In this document: positions 31,304 to 40,402 of the stretch, one piece after another
Position numbering within the stretch: position 1 is the first letter of the stretch
Layout of the letters: the number at the start of each line of letters is the position of its first letter
Source of the DNA: Gammaproteobacteria bacterium
GTDB lineage: Bacteria > Pseudomonadota > Gammaproteobacteria > GCA-001735895
Length of the DNA: 64,000 bases
NCBI GenBank assembly: GCA_029862005.1
Contig: JAOTYD010000008.1
Coordinates: forward strand, 4,472 to 68,471
Reading direction: 5' to 3'
Notes under the pieces: generated by a model
The model's database searches: none
What the model was told of the DNA's origin: nothing
The model's input: only the letters and a program-made list of their open reading frames with translations
Translations under genes and position numbers: made by a program

Positions 31304-32329
31304 ATGCACGCAGAACCGCAAGATCTAGACCAGCAACCGGTCGCCCGACAGGCCTCGATAGCGTGGCAGGTGCCCGTTATCGATGTTGCCGAGGTATTTG
31401 CGGATTCATCCAGTGATGCCGCGGTAAGTGCGATTGATCAAATTGCCGATGCTTGCAAGACCTGGGGATTCTTCCAGGTCGTTAATCACGATATACCTGC
31501 CACGCTTATCGACGACGTCTGGCAGCAAACCCATGCCCTGTTCGCGTTACCGGTCGAGGAAAAGCTAAAGATAGTCCGCAACAAGGACAACCCATGGGGT
31601 TTTTACAATAACGAATTGACCAAGAACCAGCGCGACAAGAAAGAAGTTTTCGATTTTACCCGCGAGGGCGTCGACCCGATTTATCATCAGAGCAATCGAT
31701 GGCCCGCACATCAGCCGGAATTCAAAGCCACGATGATGTCTTATCTCGAGGCCTGCACCGAACTTTCGCTGAATCTGCTCGAAGCTTTTTGCCTGGGGCT
31801 GGATTTACCCGCCAATTTCATGCATGACGATTTTGCGACCAACCACACCGGTTTCGTGCGGCTTAATTACTACCCGGTCAAGGATCCGATGGCCGGTCTG
31901 GCGATCGATCATCAGCCGACAGCAGACCTCGGTATCCATCATCACACCGATGCCGGAGCCTTGACGGTCTTGCTGCAGGATCAGGTCAGCGGTCTGCAGG
32001 TCTACCGCGACGGGTATTGGTATGACATCCCGACGGTTGACGGCGCGATGGTGATCAATACCGGTGACATGATGCAGGTCTGGTCCAACGATATCTACAA
32101 GGCCGCCATTCATCGCGTGCTGGCGATGGATACCCGTGAACGTTACAGTATTCCATTTTTCTTTAATCCGGCAGCAAACTGCAAAGTCTGTCCGTTACCC
32201 TCGGTGGTCAACGCGCAGAATCCTAGTCGCTATGACGCTATCGAGTGGGGCAGTTTTCGGGGCAAGCGCTCTGACGGTGACTATGCGGACTACGGTACCG
32301 AGGTTCAGATTTCGCAGTACCGAAAATAG
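31304..32329 (+). CDS. 2-oxoglutarate/Fe(II)-dependent dioxygenase (IPNS/DIOX_N type)
   Basis: HxD...H iron-binding triad (HHHTDAG ... AAIHRV) and RxS 2OG-binding region. Confidence 0.8.
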   Translation: MHAEPQDLDQQPVARQASIAWQVPVIDVAEVFADSSSDAAVSAIDQIADACKTWGFFQVVNHDIPATLIDDVWQQTHALFALPVEEKLKIVRNKDNPWGFYNNELTKNQRDKKEVFDFTREGVDPIYHQSNRWPAHQPEFKATMMSYLEACTELSLNLLEAFCLGLDLPANFMHDDFATNHTGFVRLNYYPVKDPMAGLAIDHQPTADLGIHHHTDAGALTVLLQDQVSGLQVYRDGYWYDIPTVDGAMVINTGDMMQVWSNDIYKAAIHRVLAMDTRERYSIPFFFNPAANCKVCPLPSVVNAQNPSRYDAIEWGSFRGKRSDGDYADYGTEVQISQYRK

Positions 32330-32365
32330 TATCAATTTCCAGATCGACGAATTCCATAGCAGCAG

Positions 32366-32857
32366 ATGAGTCGTTATCGCCCCCCGGGACCACCAAAATC
32401 GCCCTATATCACGCGTGCTGGTATGCAGGCGCTGGAAACGGAGCAAAAGGCAATCTGGTTAAAGCGCCGCGAAGTCGTCGCGGCCCTGTCGGCCGCTGCC
32501 GCGGAGGGTGATCGCTCGGAAAACGCCGAATATATCTATAGGAAAAAGGAACTTCGTGAACTCGATCGGCGGATTCGTTACCTGCAAAAACGCCTGCCGC
32601 AACTGAATGTTGTCGATCAAAAACCCGCGAACGCAGAGCGTGTATTTTTCGGTGCCACGGTCACGCTTGAAGATGAAGTCGGCACGGTAGTGACCTATCG
32701 TATTGTAGGCCCGGACGAATTTGATCACGCGGAAAACTATATCAGTGTCGATTCGCCACTGGCGCAATCTCTGTTGAAACGCGAACTGGGGGACGAGGTC
32801 AAAGTAGAGGTGCCCCGGGGGCGACTGGTTTACACTATCGTCGATATCAGCTATTGA
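32366..32857 (+). CDS. greB: Transcription elongation factor GreB
   Basis: Gre N-terminal coiled coil and a C-terminal FKBP-like domain (RIVGPDEFD ... ISVDSPLAQSLL). Confidence 0.8.
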   Translation: MSRYRPPGPPKSPYITRAGMQALETEQKAIWLKRREVVAALSAAAAEGDRSENAEYIYRKKELRELDRRIRYLQKRLPQLNVVDQKPANAERVFFGATVTLEDEVGTVVTYRIVGPDEFDHAENYISVDSPLAQSLLKRELGDEVKVEVPRGRLVYTIVDISY

Positions 32858-32872
32858 GAACGAGTTGCGGCA

Positions 32873-33955
32873 ATGAAGATTACCGGGTTTAAAACGACGC
32901 TCGTCGATGTACCGCTGCAGCGGCCGATCGCAACCTCCATCCACCAGATAAAAAGCATGGGTTTTGTGCTGCTGGAGCTCGAAACTGACCAGGGGCTTAT
33001 CGGCGAAAGCTGTGTGCTGACATTAAATGCCGTACGGATCAATGCGCTGCATGAAATGCTGCTCGGTTTCGCGCACCAGGTCGAGGGACGTGACCCGCAT
33101 TTTATAGCCGCCATCTGGCAGGATATCTGGAATGAACTGAATCCGATTGGTCACAAGGGCTTTTCGATAGCCGCACTCACCGCGATCGATACTGCCTGCT
33201 GGGACCTGGTGGGCAAGGCTGCAGAATTGCCCTTGCACAAGATATTCGGTGCCTGTCGCGAACGGGTAAAAACCTATGCCAGTGGTGGGCTGTGGCTATC
33301 GCAGCCGATCGACAGCCTGGTTGCAGAAGCCGCTGAACTGATCGACAGCGGATTCCGTGCCGTAAAGATCCGCCTGGGCAAGCCGAGCATACGCGAAGAT
33401 GTCGAGCGCGTGGCCGCGGTGCGAGATGCCATTGGCCCCGGCATCGAATTGCTCGCCGATGCCAACCAGGCACTCTCGGTAAAGCATGCCATTCAGCTCG
33501 GTCGGGAGCTCGAGGAATTCGAGCTTGCCTGGTTCGAAGAACCTGTGGTTTACCACAATCTTGTCGGCTGCGCCGAGGTGCGAGCCGCGCTCGACACGCC
33601 GATCGCGGCGGGTGAGACTGAGTATACGCACCTCGGTATGCGCGATATTCTCGAGTCGGGGGCAGTCGATGTTTTAATGCCTGATCTCCAGCGCATCGGT
33701 GGTTTGAGCGAAATGCGGCGAGTTGCGGCACTTGCCCTGGCCTATGAAATTCCGATCTCGACACATATCTTCACCGAGTACAGTCTGTGTATCGCCGCTA
33801 GCGAATCCAACTGTATTTCAGTTGAACACATGCCCTGGTGTGCTGCCCTGTTTAACGAGGAAATGGAACTTGCCGATGGCCTGATCACTGTTCCTGAGCG
33901 CCCGGGTACCGGTTTTAGTTTTGACAAGACGGCAATAAAACGCTTTAGTGTTTGA
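32873..33955 (+). CDS. Enolase-superfamily enzyme (MR/MLE family), second copy
   Basis: MR_MLE blocks (KGFSIAALTAIDTACWD, metal ligand region ELLADANQA). Confidence 0.8.
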   Translation: MKITGFKTTLVDVPLQRPIATSIHQIKSMGFVLLELETDQGLIGESCVLTLNAVRINALHEMLLGFAHQVEGRDPHFIAAIWQDIWNELNPIGHKGFSIAALTAIDTACWDLVGKAAELPLHKIFGACRERVKTYASGGLWLSQPIDSLVAEAAELIDSGFRAVKIRLGKPSIREDVERVAAVRDAIGPGIELLADANQALSVKHAIQLGRELEEFELAWFEEPVVYHNLVGCAEVRAALDTPIAAGETEYTHLGMRDILESGAVDVLMPDLQRIGGLSEMRRVAALALAYEIPISTHIFTEYSLCIAASESNCISVEHMPWCAALFNEEMELADGLITVPERPGTGFSFDKTAIKRFSV

Positions 33956-36153
33956 CTATGGGGGTACCAGACACGACCAAATTGCTCTTCCGGGAGATTG
34001 CACAGCTGTTGCTTTTTTCTGTGATGTTGCTGTGCCTCAATCCGGCGCATGCCTATCTCAACCGCAGCTATAGCACGCTTGCAGAATCAGTCGCTTTCGA
34101 TGGCGATTTCATCGAGATCCTGCAATCGGGGAAACTGCGTATTCTGTTAACGCGCGATTTTTCGAGCGCTGACTACCTACCGCGCCGTGCTTCACCCCTG
34201 GCGGAGCAACAGCGCATTGCAGAGGAGTTTGCGCTGTCGCACGGATTAATTCCAGAGCTGGTAATCGTCGATAATTTCTCCAAATTGATCCCGGCACTGG
34301 AAGCCGGTTTCGGCGATATTATCGTAGATAACCTGACGATTAATGATCAACGGCTCGAGAAGATTTCCTTCTCGGTGCCGGTCGACCACGTCAACGAACA
34401 GGTGGTCGTGGCCAAAAACAACAAATCAATACAGCGCGTGCGCGATCTGAATGGCAAGCGGGTGATGGTAAGCCGCGACTCGACTTTCTGGCATGCGCTC
34501 AAGTGGCTCAAGGACAACAGATATCCCGAGATCGAAATCCTGGAAACGCCCGATGGCGTTCTAATTGAAGACGTGCTGGACGATCTCGCTGCCGGCGAGA
34601 TTGATGCCACAATTATGGACAGTAACCTGGTCAGAATATATGAATCGTTTCGCGATGAAATCAGGGTGGCCACCAACTTCAGCAGCCAGCGCGATATCGG
34701 TTGGGGGGTACGTAAGAATGCTCCGCGATTGGTAAATGAAATCAATCGCTACCTGCAGCTTGAGTTCCAGGCCGAGGATCTGGATAAGCATTTTGTCGGT
34801 GATTTTGATGAAATAAAGAAGCGCCGCGTGCTGCGCGTTTTGCTACGTAACAACGCTGCTTCCTATTTCCTCTATCGCGGCGAGCTCATGGGATTCGAGT
34901 ACGAACTTGCGCGCGAGTTTGCCAACTACCATGGCTTGCGCATGGAAGTGGTGGTCCCGCCAAGTTACCGCGAGCTGACGACCTGGCTGCTCGAGGGCAG
35001 GGCAGATATCGCGCTCGGATTCCTTGAGCCCGATGACCTGCAGCGCCGGCTTGGCGTTGATTTTTCCGAACCCTATCACTATGCGCGACAACATATCGTG
35101 GTGCACAAAGACGATAGTACCTCTTCTCTAGCCGATCTGGATGGCCAGACTATTCTCGTACGTCACCAAAGTCATTACTGGAAAAGGCTTTCCTCGTTGC
35201 AAAATCAGGGCGCGGGTTTTAGCCTGCGCGCTGCCGATGATAACGTTGAAACAGAGCAATTAATTGAGCTGGTAGCGCACGGTAAGTACAAGGCAACCAT
35301 GGCCGATCAACATCTGCTTGATATCGAAATTGCCAAGTCGGTTCCGGTCCGTTCGACTTATTCCATGGAGCAGGAAGTCCCGCATTCGATCGCATTGCGT
35401 AAACGTAATCCAATGCTCAAACTGGCGCTAGACGAGTTTGTCAAACGAATCTACAAGAGCGAGTTTTACAACGTAACCTATATCGAGTACTTCAAGAATC
35501 GAAAATCGGTACAGCGCCTGGCGCGTGGGCGCGTCATTGATGCATTGAAAGGGCAGATTTCGCCCTACGATGAACTGGTACGCAAGTATTCTGATCGCTA
35601 TGGATTCGACTGGCGCCTGGTAACTGCGCAGATGTACCAGGAGAGTAGGTTCAATCCAGGCGCGAAATCGCAGTTCGGTGCTCGTGGTTTGATGCAATTA
35701 ATGCCGCGTACCGCCAAGGCAATGGGAGTTAAAGATATCAGTGATCCCGCCAGTAGCATCCGTGGCGGCATCAAGTATCTCGACTGGTTGCGCGACCGCT
35801 TTAATGCCGACCTGCCGATTTCGGATCGGCTCTGGTTTACGCTTGCGTCTTACAATGCGGGTTCGGGTCACGTACAGGATGCACGCCGTCTTGCTGCTCA
35901 GCTGGGGCGTGATCCGGATCGCTGGTTCGGGCATACCGAACAGGCAATGTTATTGCTGGAAAGAAAACAATACGCACAGAAAGCGCGTTACGGTTATGTC
36001 AATGGCAGTGAACCAGTCAACTACGTGCGGGATATCAAGCAGCGTTTCGAGGCCTATGTCGATCTCAGCCGGAACATCGCCTCGACTTCAGAGTTGATCG
36101 ATCCCCTGATCTCGCCAACCAGGGATTCGATTGTAACAACCAGGGCCGACTAG
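33952..36153 (+). CDS. mltF: Membrane-bound lytic murein transglycosylase F-like protein (tandem SBP_bac_3 domains + SLT domain)
   Basis: Signal peptide, periplasmic-binding family-3 domains, SLT catalytic block GLMQLMPRTA ... ASYNAGSG. Confidence 0.75.
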   Translation: MTMGVPDTTKLLFREIAQLLLFSVMLLCLNPAHAYLNRSYSTLAESVAFDGDFIEILQSGKLRILLTRDFSSADYLPRRASPLAEQQRIAEEFALSHGLIPELVIVDNFSKLIPALEAGFGDIIVDNLTINDQRLEKISFSVPVDHVNEQVVVAKNNKSIQRVRDLNGKRVMVSRDSTFWHALKWLKDNRYPEIEILETPDGVLIEDVLDDLAAGEIDATIMDSNLVRIYESFRDEIRVATNFSSQRDIGWGVRKNAPRLVNEINRYLQLEFQAEDLDKHFVGDFDEIKKRRVLRVLLRNNAASYFLYRGELMGFEYELAREFANYHGLRMEVVVPPSYRELTTWLLEGRADIALGFLEPDDLQRRLGVDFSEPYHYARQHIVVHKDDSTSSLADLDGQTILVRHQSHYWKRLSSLQNQGAGFSLRAADDNVETEQLIELVAHGKYKATMADQHLLDIEIAKSVPVRSTYSMEQEVPHSIALRKRNPMLKLALDEFVKRIYKSEFYNVTYIEYFKNRKSVQRLARGRVIDALKGQISPYDELVRKYSDRYGFDWRLVTAQMYQESRFNPGAKSQFGARGLMQLMPRTAKAMGVKDISDPASSIRGGIKYLDWLRDRFNADLPISDRLWFTLASYNAGSGHVQDARRLAAQLGRDPDRWFGHTEQAMLLLERKQYAQKARYGYVNGSEPVNYVRDIKQRFEAYVDLSRNIASTSELIDPLISPTRDSIVTTRAD

Positions 36154-36178
36154 GCCCGTGTCCGGTTTTTACCGGATA
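36143..36178 (+). terminator. Two tandem hairpins after mltF (GGGCC-GACTA-GGCCC and TCCGGT-TTTT-ACCGGA)
   Basis: Read directly. No clear U-tract, so possibly bidirectional or a weak terminator. Confidence 0.3.
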
Positions 36179-36222
36179 TCGCGGTTGAGCAACCGTATGC
36201 CAATGCTTACTGTAGTGCGAAA

Positions 36223-37443
36223 TTAACCCAGCGCCAGGACTTTCAAATCGGTTTCCGGGTCGGCGACCTCGGCGGGTGTTGGATTTTTGCCCGCCGCGAT
36301 AATCCGGGTGCCGAAGGCATATGATTTGGGCTCGTTCATCGCGTCGATTGCGAGTAATTCGTCATCACGGTAGTACCAGACCGACATAATCGAAGGATCG
36401 GCGCCGGGGCGAAACACGGTTTGATTGTGACCCTGGCTGAGGCCGACGATCTGCAGACGGCAATCGTACTGTTCCGACCAGAACCACGGTAACGCGGTAT
36501 AGGTCACTGCTTCTCCGGCCAGGACACGTGCCACCAGGTCTCCCTGGTCGGCTGCGTTTTGTACTGACTCGAGACGAATATGCTGACCGTTGCGGACAAA
36601 GTTGGTGCAATCGCCGGCAGCATAAATATTCGGATCGGAGGTCTGGCAGATTTCGTTGACACGGATCCCGTTGTCACAATCCAGCCCGGCTGCCTGCGCG
36701 AGCCCGGTATTGGGGCTGCTGCCGATACCCACCAGGACCAGGTCGGCATCGATCACTTCGCCGGTTTCGAGGGCGGCACCGCTTACGATACCGCCTTCGC
36801 CGAGCAGGCTGGTCATGCGCACAGACTCCCGTAAATCTACACCATGCCCAAGGTGCAGCTCACGAAAGTAACTTGACGTTGCCGCGGCAGCGACGCGTTG
36901 CAGGATACGCTCGGCCATTTCGAGCAGTGTGACTTCGAGCCCCATCTGGCGGGCGCTCGCGGCTGCCTCCAGTCCTATATATCCACCGCCGATAATGAGC
37001 AGCTTGCGTCCGGGCTGAAATTCGGGGGACATTTTGTCGGTATCATCGATGCTGCGTAACGTGAATACCCGGTCCAGGTCCCCACCATTTGCGACGGGAA
37101 GGCTGCGCGCACTGGAACCGGTGCATAACAGTAGCTTGTCATATTCGATCGATTCGCCGCTGGTGGTGACAACCTTGCGGTCATCACGATCGATCGCGTC
37201 AATGCGGGAGTTAAGGCGCAGGTTGATGTTCTGCTCCTGGTACCATTCCGGTGGGCGAATAAACAGGCGTTCACGGTCGAGTTCACCGATCAGGTATTTC
37301 TTGGAAAGCGGGGGGCGCTGATAGGGTAGATATGATTCTTCGCCAATCAGCAAGACCGGTTGCTTGCTGGCTAGCGCCACGTGGCGTGTTATGAAGGAGG
37401 CCGCCGCCTGACCCGCACCAACAATGACAATCGGGGCGGTCAC
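36223..37443 (-). CDS. FAD-dependent NAD(P)H:ferredoxin reductase (putidaredoxin/rubredoxin reductase type)
   Basis: IVIVGAGQAA FAD motif, a second GG dinucleotide fold and a C-terminal reductase dimerisation domain. Confidence 0.8.
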   Translation of the reverse strand: MTAPIVIVGAGQAAASFITRHVALASKQPVLLIGEESYLPYQRPPLSKKYLIGELDRERLFIRPPEWYQEQNINLRLNSRIDAIDRDDRKVVTTSGESIEYDKLLLCTGSSARSLPVANGGDLDRVFTLRSIDDTDKMSPEFQPGRKLLIIGGGYIGLEAAASARQMGLEVTLLEMAERILQRVAAAATSSYFRELHLGHGVDLRESVRMTSLLGEGGIVSGAALETGEVIDADLVLVGIGSSPNTGLAQAAGLDCDNGIRVNEICQTSDPNIYAAGDCTNFVRNGQHIRLESVQNAADQGDLVARVLAGEAVTYTALPWFWSEQYDCRLQIVGLSQGHNQTVFRPGADPSIMSVWYYRDDELLAIDAMNEPKSYAFGTRIIAAGKNPTPAEVADPETDLKVLALG

Positions 37444-37446
37444 GGA

Positions 37447-37767
37447 TTACTCCGGTTCGGGGACGTAGAGTATCAATCCATCCAGCGCCGACGAGGCAAC
37501 TATCTGGCAGCTCAGACGGCTATTATCCTCTCGTTCGACATCAGTCATTTCGAGCATGGTGTCTTCGATATCGTCGATCTCTCCTGTTTTCTCGAACCAT
37601 TCGGGATCGACAAACACGTGGCAGGTGGCGCAGGAAAGACAACCGCCACATTCGCCCTCGATGTGCGGAACGTTGTTCGCCGTCGCAGCTTCCATCAGGT
37701 TCAAGCCGTCTTTTACATCAGCGCTGATTTCGCTGCCATCTTCCATTTTCCAGGTGATATTGGCCAT
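37447..37767 (-). CDS. [2Fe-2S] ferredoxin, adrenodoxin/putidaredoxin type
   Basis: CGGCLSCATCH ... C cluster ligands; 106 aa. Starts 4 nt upstream of the reductase. Confidence 0.85.
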   Translation of the reverse strand: MANITWKMEDGSEISADVKDGLNLMEAATANNVPHIEGECGGCLSCATCHVFVDPEWFEKTGEIDDIEDTMLEMTDVEREDNSRLSCQIVASSALDGLILYVPEPE

Positions 37768-37854
37768 GTTTTACTGCATATCGTGGATATCAAAGTCGCG
37801 TAATGTATCCTTTTTTGATGTCGATGTCTTTTCGAATTTTGCGCATCTGCGCGG

Positions 37855-39312
37855 TTACAGAGCCGACTCGTTCACAGTTTGCCGTATCAGGGACCATAGC
37901 TTTTCAACATGCTCACGGGTGGTAGCTTCAACTCCGATCGAAACCCTTACCATCCAGCGATCGTCGAGCATCGATGGGCTCATAAAGGCTACCCCGGATT
38001 GATTGATGGCGTTAACCCAGGCGAGGGTATGGCGATCCAGCGCTTCACCTTCGATGCCGGGTGGTTCATGGCGAATGCAGACGGTTTGCAATTTGACCGG
38101 TGCCAGCACGTGCCAGTCTTCGGTGGCGGCAACCGTTTCGGCAAACCAGCGCGCGTTTTCGAGATCGCGTCGCAGGCGGGTGCGAATCGATTCGATACCA
38201 TCGATGCCGAGGTGATACCAGAGTTTGAGCGCGCGGAACCGACGCCCCAGCGGTATACCCCAGTCGCGGTATTGCCGGACTTCGTCATCGACGTTCGAAC
38301 GCAGGTAACTGGGATTGGTCGACATGACCCGCACCAGGTGCTGCACGTCACGCACGTACATCAGCGAGCAGTCGAGGATCGTTCCCATCCACTTATGAGG
38401 ATTCCAGGAGATGGAATCGGCTGCTTCTACACCCTCCCAGAGGTGACGGCATTCGGGTAACAGCATCGCACTGCCGGCCATGGCGGCGTCGACGTGTAAC
38501 CAGATATCGTATCCCGCCGTTATCTCGGCGATTTCGGCAACCGGGTCGAAAGCGGTGACACTGGTTGAGCCCACCGAAGCGACCACGGCCACCGGTAGGT
38601 ATCCGTTGGCGATGTCGGTTACAACTTGTTCCGCGAGACTCTCTGCTTGCATGGAGTGACTTTCGGGGTCCATTGCGACCATGCGCAGGTTGTCGCTACC
38701 GATTCCGGCCAGTAGCGCCGCCTTGACCACCGACGAGTGTGCCTCGGCAGTGGTATAGATCACAAGCGGTTTGTCAGCACCCTGCAGCCCTCCACGATTC
38801 TGCGCGTAGTTGCTGGCTCGTTCACGCGCCAGTAACAGTGAAGTCAGGCATGAAGTCGACGCGGTATCATGAATGCATCCCTCCCAGTTTTCGGAGAGCC
38901 CGGTGAGCTGGCGCATCCAGTCACAGACGACTTCCTCGACTTCGGTCAATGATGGGCAGCTTTCCCAGGAAATACCCAGCGCCCCAAGACCCGAACTCGC
39001 GATATCACCCAACACCGAGGCTAGTGCTGCGTTGGAGGGAAACCAGCCATAATGCATCGGGTGTTGTACCAGCGTGATTCCCGGCAATACACGCTGTTCC
39101 AGTTCACGCAGCAGTTGCTCGGGTGCCAACGGTGCTTCAGGTGCACTGGCGGGAAAGCTACGCCTGATGTTGCCGGGTTCAACCTGGGCTCGAACCGGCC
39201 GCTGCTCCAGGTTCGTACGGTAGTCGGCAATCCAGTCGATCAACTCGTGGCCGGCGTGGCGAAATTCTTCGGGTGTCATAAGTTTACTCGAATCGCTGTA
39301 GAAGGGTTTCAA
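37855..39312 (-). CDS. Group II PLP-dependent (aromatic) amino acid decarboxylase
   Basis: SWNPHKW PLP-lysine motif; 485 aa. Confidence 0.85.
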   Translation of the reverse strand: MKPFYSDSSKLMTPEEFRHAGHELIDWIADYRTNLEQRPVRAQVEPGNIRRSFPASAPEAPLAPEQLLRELEQRVLPGITLVQHPMHYGWFPSNAALASVLGDIASSGLGALGISWESCPSLTEVEEVVCDWMRQLTGLSENWEGCIHDTASTSCLTSLLLARERASNYAQNRGGLQGADKPLVIYTTAEAHSSVVKAALLAGIGSDNLRMVAMDPESHSMQAESLAEQVVTDIANGYLPVAVVASVGSTSVTAFDPVAEIAEITAGYDIWLHVDAAMAGSAMLLPECRHLWEGVEAADSISWNPHKWMGTILDCSLMYVRDVQHLVRVMSTNPSYLRSNVDDEVRQYRDWGIPLGRRFRALKLWYHLGIDGIESIRTRLRRDLENARWFAETVAATEDWHVLAPVKLQTVCIRHEPPGIEGEALDRHTLAWVNAINQSGVAFMSPSMLDDRWMVRVSIGVEATTREHVEKLWSLIRQTVNESAL

Positions 39313-39370
39313 ACTCCGGATTTTCAGGTATCGTTGGTTTTTGAGTCAATCAGTATTATTCAGCCAGACA

Positions 39371-40083
39371 TGAACCACGCTATCAGGGTTGCGATTCTGG
39401 ATGCGGTGCCCGAGAGTTTCTGGGCGGACGATCTTGGAATTACGGACGCGCAAAAATTCATAGATTTGTTGCAACCGTTGAACGCCTCCGCGCGTTTCGA
39501 GGTTTACTACACGTCGAAAAACCAGTTTCCCGATAGCATCGATGACTATGACGCAATCCTGGTGACTGGCAGTCCCTGCAGCGTCCACGATGATCATGAC
39601 TGGATTCGCGAATTGATTGATCTTACCCGGGTCGCGAACAGCAAGGGATTAAGGGTGATTGGATCCTGTTTCGGCCACCAGCTGGTGGCGCGGGCCTTTG
39701 GGGGTGAAGTAGGATTTAACGAGAATGGCTGGATGATTGGAAACTATTCTATGCGTATTACCAACCGTTATGACTGGATGCAGCCTGTTGCAAGCATCAC
39801 CGGCCTGTATCATTTTAACCAGGAACGCGTAACCCGTTTGCCGGAAGCGGCGGAGCCTTTTGCGCACACCGAGGAATATGTCGATTACGGCTTTACGCTG
39901 GGAGATAATATCATGTGTTTCCAGGGTCATCCCGAGCAACCCCTGCGCGCGATGGTAAATTTTCTGAAGGCAACCGATAGCCTTTCGCCCGATGAGCAAG
40001 CCAGGGCCACTCGCTATATTCATGACGGTGAGCCCGACTCGCACATCTGGGCGGAGTGGATGATGCGCTTTTTTATCGCCTGA
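39371..40083 (+). CDS. Class I glutamine amidotransferase-like protein (GATase1)
   Basis: GSCFGHQLVA Cys-His active-site block. Start at MNHAIRV, because the long upstream ORF overlaps the decarboxylase. Confidence 0.7.
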
Positions 40084-40112
40084 GTGCGATCGCTAACTAG
40101 CGGGAGATAACT

Positions 40113-40382
40113 ATGAAACGTTGTTACACAGTTGCAGTTCTGGTTTTGTGCCTTGGCTCGCTGCAGGCCGCGGATATCGACAACGGTGACGATCTGCATT
40201 TCTCGAATTGTACCGGTTGCCACGACCCATCGGTATACACGCGTGACAACCGGCGAGTCAGGGATCTTGCGCAACTCGGGACGCAGGTTCGCTTTTGCAA
40301 GGACACGCTCGAATTAACCTGGTTCGACGACGAGGTTGAAGACGTAGTCGGATACCTGAACCAAACTTACTACCACTTTTAA
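40113..40382 (+). CDS. Small secreted protein with a single CXXCH motif (putative monoheme c-type cytochrome)
   Basis: Signal peptide [19 protein letters not shown] and CTGCHD. Confidence 0.4.
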   Translation: MKRCYTVAVLVLCLGSLQAADIDNGDDLHFSNCTGCHDPSVYTRDNRRVRDLAQLGTQVRFCKDTLELTWFDDEVEDVVGYLNQTYYHF

Positions 40383-40402
40383 TTCGTGGGTGCTGATATT
40401 CC

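Noticed and set aside
30975-31328. A 117-aa ORF spanning the divergent FGase / 2OG-oxygenase intergenic region.
   Set aside because: It overlaps both flanking gene starts and has no ribosome-binding site or recognisable domain. The region is better explained as a divergent promoter.
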